Assembly (NCBI GenBank): GCA_965197725.1
Contig: CBDANQ010000058.1
Span: 32,001 to 96,000 of the forward strand
From: Longimicrobiales bacterium
Lineage (GTDB): Bacteria > Gemmatimonadota > Gemmatimonadetes > Longimicrobiales > Gaopeijiaceae
DNA length: 64,000 nt
Reading direction: 5' to 3'
Part shown: positions 40,243 to 48,582 of the stretch, piece by piece
How the letters are laid out: the number at the start of each line of letters is the position of its first letter
Position numbering within the stretch: the stretch's first letter is position 1
Translations under genes and position numbers: made by a program
Notes under the pieces: model-generated
Databases searched by the model: none
What the model was told of the DNA's origin: nothing
Seen by the model: only the letters and a program-made list of their open reading frames with translations

Positions 40243-40434
40243 TCAGTCCTCTGCGAGATAGCCGTGCTCTAGGAGCAGCTCCTTGGTCCGAGGCTCTCGC
40301 TCAGCCAGAGCCGTCTTCGCAATCTCACGCGCGAACTCCACACGATGGATCTCGGACACGTTATCTAGGACAGCGATCGGCGCTCCGTAGCGCAGTAGAA
40401 TGCGCTTGGCGTCGACAGCGACGGAATCGTTCAC
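40243..40434 (-). CDS. Small hypothetical protein (63 aa)
   Basis: VNDSVAVDAKRILLRYGAPIAVLDNV...; fills the gap and reads protein-like. Confidence 0.6.
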   Translation of the reverse strand: MNDSVAVDAKRILLRYGAPIAVLDNVSEIHRVEFAREIAKTALAEREPRTKELLLEHGYLAED

Positions 40435-40510
40435 GTTTGCCCCCGGAAACCATGCCGCGGATGAGGTCGTGAAAGTGGTAAGGGATAATAACATAGACCC
40501 TTCGCATCGA

Positions 40511-41732
40511 GTGAAACGGCGCTTCTTGGCGTTCTGCACACTGGCCGTCGTGCCGTGCGGGATTGCCTCCGGGGCCGCGGCTCGCGCCGCCGACGATGCG
40601 TGGGAGGAGCTCGCGCACGTGTCGGCGGCACGCATCGCGCGCTTGGCTCTCGGCACGCTCGAGCAGGACCTGGGAGCCGCCCTCGACTCGCTGCTAGGCT
40701 CGGCCGATCCGCTACCCAGCCCGGACACCACCATCGAGGCGGTTCGCCTGGCGATGGCGGGCGACACCGTGTCGGCCCTCGATCCGACGGCTTCGGGCGT
40801 CGAGCTGATGGTCCTGTTTCCGGACGCCGAAGGCCTGCTACGCTTCGCCAACGGCATGTTGGTTCCCGGGGCCGCCGTTCTGGTGGGTCGGGTCGCTCGA
40901 GCGCGCGTCGGCCTCTATCTGAACGGTGAGCTGTGGAGCGCCACGGACCCGCCACCGTCAGTGGAAGTGATCGACCGTGAGACGCTCCTTGCGGCATCGC
41001 GAACACCTGGGGGCGTAAGGAGCGACGCCGGAAGCGTCGTTGCCATGGACCCGCGCAGAGAACTCCCCGCCGCGATCGTGGCGCTCGCCCAGCCGGAGGG
41101 CCCTGGCGAGCAGGCCGTCCCGCTGGCTGTACGACTCGTACTCGGCCTGCTCCTGCTCTTTTCGGCGGTCGCCGCCTGGATCCTATTCACGAAGGCGAGC
41201 GGTTCGGAAGGGGAACCGGCGCCGAGTCGCGCAGCGTTGGTTCTGCTGGCGTGCGTTCCCCTCTTTACTCTCTTGGGCATGCTCGTGCACGTGCAACGGA
41301 CGTTCGATGCCGCCGCCCGCGAGCATGTCTCCCGGGGCCTGGTCCAGACCCTGACCGTTGTCGGTACGCTGGGCATCGGAGAGTCACCGGCCGGAGCACG
41401 CGCCCTGAGCGGCTCCCATGCGGCCCGCATCGAGCGAGGTCTCGTGACGGCCTCCACCCCTGGCTGGCGACGCTGCTGCGTTGGCAGCGGTGCCAGCACC
41501 TCCACCCTCTTTCACGACTGCAGGAGTCGTGGAGACTGGTTCCGGCAGGTCGCGCTACGTCGCACGAAGGATCGACCGGGAGTCATTCATGGTTCTGCTC
41601 GCACCCATTCCATTGGCCCGTATCGAAGCGCTGCGCAAACGGTTTATGCTGATCAGCGGTGTACTGATGGGCTGGCTGCTACTCGTCGCGGGGAGTCTGA
41701 CCGTACGCTCGAACCGTACCGAGAACAGCTAG
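40511..41732 (+). pseudogene. Multi-TM membrane/sensor-like protein, frameshifted
   Basis: TM-periplasmic-TM layout; extra C in CCCC at ~41457-41460; downstream frame ends with a TM and TAG 41730-41732. Confidence 0.6.
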
Positions 41733-41750
41733 GGAACCCGACTCAGAACA

Positions 41751-42185
41751 CTAGTTCAGCAGATCCGGCTCGTCGCCGTTGTCCATCTCGAGCAACGGCG
41801 ACGGCAGTACGAATGGGCCACTCAACTCGAAACGCGGCACTGTTACCCTGAACTGCTCGCCGTCGGGGCGGACGAAGGTGTAGTACCCCTCCATGTATCC
41901 GACAGGTGAGCGGAGCACGCAGTAGCTCTGGTACTCGTGGGAGTCTCCGGGCCGGAGCATGGGCTGCTCGCCCACCACGCCTTCGCCATCGACCTCGGTG
42001 TCCTCTCCTGAAGAATCGTGAATATACCAGTGCCGGAACAGGAGTTTGGCCGAGGTTTTACCCTCGTTCCGCACCAAAATGTCGTAGGAGAACACGAACG
42101 TGCCGTCCTCCGGGTCGGAGGCGGCGAGGGAAAACCGGGGTCGAACCCGGACACGGATACCGTCGGTGGCTTGCTCGTAGCGCAT
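41751..42185 (-). CDS. apaG: ApaG protein
   Basis: RHWYIHD, VDGEGVVGEQP, SPVGYMEGYY. Confidence 0.93.
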   Translation of the reverse strand: MRYEQATDGIRVRVRPRFSLAASDPEDGTFVFSYDILVRNEGKTSAKLLFRHWYIHDSSGEDTEVDGEGVVGEQPMLRPGDSHEYQSYCVLRSPVGYMEGYYTFVRPDGEQFRVTVPRFELSGPFVLPSPLLEMDNGDEPDLLN

Positions 42186-42223
42186 GACGGATGCTAACAC
42201 CGACCGCGCGAGCGCGCAGCCCG

Positions 42224-42703
42224 TCAGCTACGGTCGATTACAATCGTGTGGGTATTGCCGACGGAGAAGACGATCGCCCCGCTGAGGAACTCCGCGATCG
42301 CGTTCCCGAGGTCGTCCTCGACAGCAACGACCGAGACGCCGATCAGCACCGTCGTATTCGGGTCCCCCGGCAAACCACCGGGCAACGACCAGCTCTCGAA
42401 GTCGAGCTGATACCCATCCCCCGCGAAGGTGAAGCCTTCGGGTAGGTATGAATCGAGCCCCGTCGGAATCGTCCCCACCACGGCCTCCGGGGGCCAACCG
42501 AGTAGATCGGCTTGATCGTTCAGCGTCGCGACGCGCACGACCTCCATGTCCGCCGCGACGTCGGTGGCTCGAGCGCGGTAGATCATCGTTTGCAGGTTGG
42601 GAATCGCGAATCCGGCCAGAATACCCACAATCGATGCCGCGATCATCAGCTCGATGAGCGTGAACCCTCCGCGGCGTGAATCACGTCGCTGGATCTGGCT
42701 CAT
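42224..42703 (-). CDS. Type IV pilin / pseudopilin-like protein
   Basis: RRGG-FTLIELM class III signal. Confidence 0.88.
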   Translation of the reverse strand: MSQIQRRDSRRGGFTLIELMIAASIVGILAGFAIPNLQTMIYRARATDVAADMEVVRVATLNDQADLLGWPPEAVVGTIPTGLDSYLPEGFTFAGDGYQLDFESWSLPGGLPGDPNTTVLIGVSVVAVEDDLGNAIAEFLSGAIVFSVGNTHTIVIDRS

Positions 42704-43218
42704 CAGGACTCCCCCCGAAGCTTGCTTGTCGCGTCGGAGCCGACCCACTCGTTCGCTGATTCGGACGAGTCGTACCGCACCACCTCGGTCCCGATCGTCG
42801 CAATCAACTCGTACCGGTTCGCCTCGATGATGAAGTACTCGACACCGGGTACCGTGCTGCCCGCGTCCTCCAGCGCTACCGGAAGCTCGCCGTTTTGTTC
42901 GCGATAGGCGTCCACACGCATCGCCTGCATGTACATCGCCAACCTCATGTTGTCGACCTGCTCCTCAATGGGTGCAGCCTCAATGGGGTTCATGACGACC
43001 CACGCCGGCGGTGCGATCAACAAGTAGACGGCGAAGACGCCCAGATTGATGCCCAGCGGAAGCACCCACTTCGCCTGTGCTTTGTCCGCCCTTCTTTCTT
43101 GCTGGGCCTCGTCGCGCTGGGCTGCATGATCCAATACGGCCGAAACGGCGTCGGCCGCTTCCTGGCCCGGCGTCCTATTGCCTGCGTGATAGGGTCGTAC
43201 TTCGTCCTGTGAACTCAT
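42703..43218 (-). CDS. Membrane protein with pseudopilin-like body
   Basis: One TM then VDAYREQNGELPVALED; TGATG overlap with the pilin gene. Confidence 0.7.
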   Translation of the reverse strand: MSSQDEVRPYHAGNRTPGQEAADAVSAVLDHAAQRDEAQQERRADKAQAKWVLPLGINLGVFAVYLLIAPPAWVVMNPIEAAPIEEQVDNMRLAMYMQAMRVDAYREQNGELPVALEDAGSTVPGVEYFIIEANRYELIATIGTEVVRYDSSESANEWVGSDATSKLRGES

Positions 43219-43450
43219 TCCGGGGGAGCTGGAACATTCGTCGAGGCACACCGATGCGGCTTGATCCGCACAATATCCCTGATCCGCACTGTATCAAAGT
43301 TATACCCACAACCGGGTCGGCCCAAGAAGAAAGTGCCCTCGAACTCGGCCCACTCGTCCACTTGATAGTAGGCTTCTCCCGACCTCGAGGACAGGAGTTG
43401 GTGCCGCTCCGCTCTCGACGATCCGAATGGGCCTGAGTAGCTTCGAAACC

Positions 43451-44131
43451 ATGCCACGTCGCGCACTCTCACGGTCCGTCGAGGACTACCTGAAGGCCAT
43501 CTTCGGGCTTTCAAGTGGCGGCGATCCAGCGTCCACCAGCGCCATCGCAGACGCTCTGCACATTCAGCCCGCCTCGGTAACCGGCATGGTCAAGCGACTG
43601 GCCGAGGCCGGACTGGTGGAGCACGTGCCCTACCGTGGGGTCCGGCTCACCGATGCCGGCGAGCGGGCGGCGCTCAAGGTCCTGCGACGCCACCGCGTCA
43701 TCGAGACCTACCTCTGCGAACTGCTCGAGTACCAGTGGGACGATGTGCACGCGGAGGCGGAGCGCCTCGAACATGCAGCCTCCGATGAGCTCGTCGAGCG
43801 CATGGCGACCGCTTTGGGCTCCCCGAGTCACGACCCGCACGGCTCTCCCATTCCAACACGAGCGGGCGAGATCGAGGCCACGGAGCTGGCGACGCTTGCG
43901 GACGCGGCACGCGGAACGAGGGTGCTCATCCGCGAGGTCCCCGACGAGGAAGCCGACGAGCTCCGTTCAATGGCCGCCGACGGGCTCGTGCCGGGAGTTG
44001 CGGTGCTGGTCGACTCGGCCCAGGACGTGGAGGGGGTCGTAGGCGTCATCATCGGTGGCGACGAAGGCGTCGCCCTAGCGGTCCAGGACCACCTCGCCCG
44101 GCGGATATTCGTCGTCCCGGACGAAGCCTGA
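43451..44131 (+). CDS. DtxR/MntR-family metal-dependent repressor
   Basis: SVEDYLKAI, PASVTGMVKRL, RRHRVIE, EAERLEH, DPHGSPIP, FeoA-like tail. Confidence 0.95.
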   Translation: MPRRALSRSVEDYLKAIFGLSSGGDPASTSAIADALHIQPASVTGMVKRLAEAGLVEHVPYRGVRLTDAGERAALKVLRRHRVIETYLCELLEYQWDDVHAEAERLEHAASDELVERMATALGSPSHDPHGSPIPTRAGEIEATELATLADAARGTRVLIREVPDEEADELRSMAADGLVPGVAVLVDSAQDVEGVVGVIIGGDEGVALAVQDHLARRIFVVPDEA

Positions 44132-44165
44132 CCGTAGAGCGACGGCCTGTGATCCTGGGGGTCAG

Positions 44166-45116
44166 CTAAGACGCGGGACAGGCGGGCGCCGAGAAGGCCC
44201 CACCCGGGGGAGCCGAGTTCACGACAACCTCGAAAGTGCGCGTCACCGTAGAGGCGAAGACCCCCGTGCCGTCCCCGCGAATGCTCGGCACGCGCACCTG
44301 CCCCGACGAGTTGAAATTGCCGCCCCGGGCCCAGTTCACGTAGTTCCGGTCCGTCGCCGAAATCATCACCGGGGCCCGCGTACCCGGCGGCAGTCCGTCC
44401 TGGAGGCTCGTCGCGAGGTCCTGGTCGAGCTCGAAGCGGCTGAAGATCCCGAACTCACCGGGAAACACGATCGTGGTGTCGGAGGCCGAGATCGAGAGGC
44501 CCAGCAGCTCCAACGTGTCGCTCTCCACGTCGATTCCAAGCGGGGCGAGCCCGTCCTTGATGCCTACGATCACGGTCTCGTTCACATAAGCCCACGTGCC
44601 CATGGACGCCGTCCAGCGAACGGTGAGCGGGGTGCTCGGTGGGAGTAGACACTCGGCCCCCTCCACGACGCCCAGGATCGCAAAGTCCCCGGGCACGACC
44701 GTGGCGCTCGTCAGCGCCCCACCCGAGGCTAGGTCTATGCGCAGTCGGAGGTGGTCCCCCGGGCCGAAAGACGCCGCGGTCGCGGGCGCCAACCAGTAGC
44801 AAGAGCCCGTACCACCCTCGGGCGTCGCGCTGACGCACCTCTCGATCGCGGTCTCCGCGAGTTCCACGCTCGATCCACCATCTCGCGTGATGACGATCTT
44901 GGCGCCCGGCACCGGGTGGAAGCCCTCACCCACCCCCCCGACGGTCCGGTGCAGAAACGCGGTCACGCGGTCGCCGCCGAAGAGGCCCTCGCCGATCTGA
45001 ACGTAAACCTCCGCAATGACCACATCCTCGACATCCACGATCGTGATCTCCTGGAGGTCACAGCCCCCGAGACCCAACAACACGACCATGGCCCAGATCC
45101 GACGCCCCCCCGCCAT
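44166..45116 (-). CDS. DUF4249-like lipoprotein
   Basis: Lipobox LGG-C, C-terminal GDGTGVFAS; directly downstream of the TonB receptor. Confidence 0.75.
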   Translation of the reverse strand: MAGGRRIWAMVVLLGLGGCDLQEITIVDVEDVVIAEVYVQIGEGLFGGDRVTAFLHRTVGGVGEGFHPVPGAKIVITRDGGSSVELAETAIERCVSATPEGGTGSCYWLAPATAASFGPGDHLRLRIDLASGGALTSATVVPGDFAILGVVEGAECLLPPSTPLTVRWTASMGTWAYVNETVIVGIKDGLAPLGIDVESDTLELLGLSISASDTTIVFPGEFGIFSRFELDQDLATSLQDGLPPGTRAPVMISATDRNYVNWARGGNFNSSGQVRVPSIRGDGTGVFASTVTRTFEVVVNSAPPGGAFSAPACPAS

Positions 45117-47560
45117 CAGAAGTGCACCTCGAAGCCGAACGTAGGCAGAATCGGGAACATTGAAATGCCGGAGCGCGTCGCCGGGGAACGGTCGTATTCG
45201 TGGAAATAGAAGAGCACGTTGCGCTGGTCGTAGACGTTCACCAGATCGACCCGGGCCGTGATCGTTCCCCACGACTTCTCGAACGGCTTCCGGAAGCTCG
45301 CGTCGAGCCGATGGTATGTCGGATACCGAGACGCATTGCGGCTCTCGAGCGCGACAGCATAAGCGCCGAAGTCGCCGTCCTCGGCGGCGCCCGCCCATTC
45401 GAGGCGGCCGGCGCTGCCGACAAACTGCGGCGAGTAATATGCGTACGACCCGAGCGCGCGCGTATAGGGGGTGCCTGTGCCAACGTTCCAACGCAGCCCT
45501 CCTTGCCAGCCCCACGGGAGCGGGTAGCGCAGCACGAGGTCGACGTCGAGCCGACGATCGAAGATAGGGGCGTATGTGATGGACGGCTGGGGCACCTCCG
45601 GGGCCAACATGTCGCCGAAAGTCCGGTCGGCCCGCAGGAACGAAACGGCGATCCAGCCGTTCACGTCGCCCGTCTCCTTGCGCAGGAGCAGATCCGCGCC
45701 GTACGAGAGGCCGTCACCCGAGAGAATGTCGTCGAAGTCGTCGTTGGGGTCGTCGGCTACGTTGAAAGTCACCACGCCGTCGAAGGACCGCACGTAGGCT
45801 TCGATGGACCAAAACCAATCGATGTCCCGATATCCCTCGACACCGAGCTGAAGCTGATCCGAGACCACGTGCGGCGCGCTCGCGCCGGCGAGCACCCAGA
45901 TATCCAGTCCCAGAGGGAGTTCCTCGTCCCTGAGAGAGTGAAGGAACTGGGTGTACCGACCAGCCGCGACCTTCACCGCGACGTCACCGCCATCGAAGAA
46001 GCGCTTGGCCGCGAGCCGGGGCGCCAACTCGAGGATCCGATCGCCGGGGTCCGGGCTCCACGCGTCGAGACGCAGACCAACCTCGAGCAACCATTCTCGT
46101 GGGCGCGACCAGGTTGTCTGGGCATAGGTGCCAAGTAGCCACCCGTCACCCTCGCCGCTACCGAATTCGGTGCCTCCCGTCTGGAAGAGATTGCGGTACG
46201 AGAGGTGCTCGAGCGCCCCTCCAACCCTTATGCCCATGGTCGGGGTGGGCCGAGTATCGAGGTCGACGCGAAGCTGGCTCTGTGCGATCCGACTCGTGAA
46301 CTCGGTATCGGCGAAGTCCGGGAAACTCAGGCCGGTCCCGTAGCGGCTGACATTCGCGCGGACGTCGAGCGAGCCCCCGCCGCGGCGCGCGTGCGTCCAC
46401 CGGCCGCCAACGACGTCGTTGCCCCAGTCCCAGTCGATGCGGAGTGGAAAGTCCTCGGCGTCGAGCCGCGTGAGATCGAGCACATCCTTCCCGGTGTATC
46501 CGGTCAGCGTGATGCGGTCGCCCGAGTTGGTCCACCCCTCCATCACTGTCTGGAGATCGGTGAGGTGATAGGGGAACTCGAACGCGGGCTTCATCAGGAT
46601 GTCGAAGTACGACCGCCGGGCCGAAGTGCGCCATTTGACGTTCGCGAGGCCCAAAGAGTTGGCCGTACCGCGGGGGAGGCTGCCGCCTATTGCGACACGA
46701 CTGGCGAGCAGGGAGATGCCGGCGTCGACCCGGAAATCACCGTCGCCGGGATCGCTCTCGATCTGGAGGACTGACGAGATCCGGCCGCCGTGCTCCGCCG
46801 GAAAGCCTCCTGAGAACAGCTCGGCCCGGTCCAGCATGTCCGCGTTGAAGACGGAGAAGAATCCGCCGAGATGGAACGGGCTGAAGATCGGCACGCCGTC
46901 GAGCAGGATCAGGTTCTGATCGGCCGAGCCACCCCGGACGTGGAACGAAGCCGAGAAGTCCGATGTGGATACCACCCCGGGCAGAACCTCGATGGCTCGG
47001 ATCGGATCAGCCTCGACGACACCTGGGAGCTGATTGAGGTCCGAGAGGTTGATCTCACGGACCGTCACGCCTCCGAGCTGCTCGAAACGGATTCGCTCCC
47101 GGCTCCGCTCCGCTTCGACGGAAATGCCCTCGACCTCGATGGCCTGGAGTACCAACCGGAGGTCGTACTCGAGCGTTTGCCCGGCGGCGAGCGTCAAGAC
47201 CTCGGTCTGCTCGGCGTAGCCGAGTGCCTGAACCAGAAGCCGATACGTTCCGGTGGGCACTGATGCGAGCCGGAACGAACCGAGGCGGTCGGTATCGGCT
47301 GCACCGATCGTGATGCTCCCTGCGAGCAGCCGGACCGTCGCACCGTACACGGCCGAGCCCTCTTCGCCTCGGACACGCCCTTGAACGGTGCTCAGCTGCG
47401 CCTCGACCGACGGAACCCAGATCACGAGCAGCGTCCCGAGCGCGAGCAGGCACCGCCCCACCCATCCATGTACCGACAAAGTGATCCTCTTGCTGATTGG
47501 GTCCCCCCCCCGCGTGGACTTGCCCCGCGTGCCGGGCCGGGCGACTTCTATACCGCGCAC
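45116..47560 (-). CDS. TonB-dependent receptor
   Basis: Carboxypeptidase-regulatory-like N-domain, plug LPGV...VRGGSADQNLILLDG, ends in F; true start probably downstream of 47560. Confidence 0.92.
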   Translation of the reverse strand: MRGIEVARPGTRGKSTRGGDPISKRITLSVHGWVGRCLLALGTLLVIWVPSVEAQLSTVQGRVRGEEGSAVYGATVRLLAGSITIGAADTDRLGSFRLASVPTGTYRLLVQALGYAEQTEVLTLAAGQTLEYDLRLVLQAIEVEGISVEAERSRERIRFEQLGGVTVREINLSDLNQLPGVVEADPIRAIEVLPGVVSTSDFSASFHVRGGSADQNLILLDGVPIFSPFHLGGFFSVFNADMLDRAELFSGGFPAEHGGRISSVLQIESDPGDGDFRVDAGISLLASRVAIGGSLPRGTANSLGLANVKWRTSARRSYFDILMKPAFEFPYHLTDLQTVMEGWTNSGDRITLTGYTGKDVLDLTRLDAEDFPLRIDWDWGNDVVGGRWTHARRGGGSLDVRANVSRYGTGLSFPDFADTEFTSRIAQSQLRVDLDTRPTPTMGIRVGGALEHLSYRNLFQTGGTEFGSGEGDGWLLGTYAQTTWSRPREWLLEVGLRLDAWSPDPGDRILELAPRLAAKRFFDGGDVAVKVAAGRYTQFLHSLRDEELPLGLDIWVLAGASAPHVVSDQLQLGVEGYRDIDWFWSIEAYVRSFDGVVTFNVADDPNDDFDDILSGDGLSYGADLLLRKETGDVNGWIAVSFLRADRTFGDMLAPEVPQPSITYAPIFDRRLDVDLVLRYPLPWGWQGGLRWNVGTGTPYTRALGSYAYYSPQFVGSAGRLEWAGAAEDGDFGAYAVALESRNASRYPTYHRLDASFRKPFEKSWGTITARVDLVNVYDQRNVLFYFHEYDRSPATRSGISMFPILPTFGFEVHF

Positions 47561-47641
47561 GCGCTTCCCGGTGCCCTTCGCCTGGGCGGGTGGCCACCCC
47601 GGCCTGCTGGCCTGAAGCGGTCACTGTACTATCTTCGCTCG

Positions 47642-48580
47642 ATGCCCTCCACGGAAGAACTGCTGGCCAGAGTCCCGCTGTTCAAGGCACTCGAGGTCCA
47701 AGATCTCACACGACTGGCCGCAGCCTCCCGCGTCGAGACCTTTTCTCCGGGCGAAGCAATCGTCGAGGTAGGAGAACCGGGGCGGTCGATCTATCTGGTT
47801 ACGGAGGGCCACGTGCAGGTGCTCTATCCAGTGCGCACCGAGGAGGTCGAGCTCGCTCGCATGGGCCCCGGCGAGTTCTTCGGGGAGATGGCCCTCCTCA
47901 ACGAAAAGCCACGCAGCGCAACGGTCCGCTCGGTGGGTGAAGTCTCTGCAATCGTTCTGGACAAGACCGAGTTCCACGCGCTCGTGCTGGACCGACCGCG
48001 AGTCGCCTTGGCATTGCTCGAGGCACTCTCCGTGCGCATCCGCCAGGCAGATGAGCAGATCAGCGGGCTCAGCGATCAGGCCGTGCGCGATCCGCTCACG
48101 GGGCTGCTGAACCGACGCGCGTTCACCGAACGAATCGAGCAGGAGGTCGACCGCACACGCCGATACGAGAGAGACTTCTCATTGATCATGATGGACCTCG
48201 ACCATTTCAAGGCGATCAACGACACGTTGGGGCACGACGTCGGCGACGAGGTGCTCAGTTGGGTCGGACGCATCCTGACAGAGCACACGCGGGTCGCGGA
48301 CACACCGTTCCGTATCGGTGGTGAAGAGTTCACCGTTCTCTGTCCGGCCACGGGCAGGGAGCTCGCGCAAGCCCTGGCTCAGCGGTTGGTGGACGTCGTG
48401 GCTGAAGCCAAGCCGCCGGTCGGACACGAACTGCGCGTCACAATGTCCGCCGCGTACGCTACATCCCCTGAGCACGGTGAGGCGACGGAGGCCCTCTACA
48501 ACGCGGCGGACCAGGCACTGCTGAAGGCCAAGCGCGAGGGCCGGAATCGGGTCATGGCACCCGCAGACGGCGCTACGTGA
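47642..48580 (+). CDS. cNMP-binding domain diguanylate cyclase
   Basis: FFGEMALL..PRSATV; DPLTGLLNRR, DLDHFK, RxxD I-site, GGEEF. Confidence 0.93.
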   Translation: MPSTEELLARVPLFKALEVQDLTRLAAASRVETFSPGEAIVEVGEPGRSIYLVTEGHVQVLYPVRTEEVELARMGPGEFFGEMALLNEKPRSATVRSVGEVSAIVLDKTEFHALVLDRPRVALALLEALSVRIRQADEQISGLSDQAVRDPLTGLLNRRAFTERIEQEVDRTRRYERDFSLIMMDLDHFKAINDTLGHDVGDEVLSWVGRILTEHTRVADTPFRIGGEEFTVLCPATGRELAQALAQRLVDVVAEAKPPVGHELRVTMSAAYATSPEHGEATEALYNAADQALLKAKREGRNRVMAPADGAT

Positions 48581-48582
48581 CT

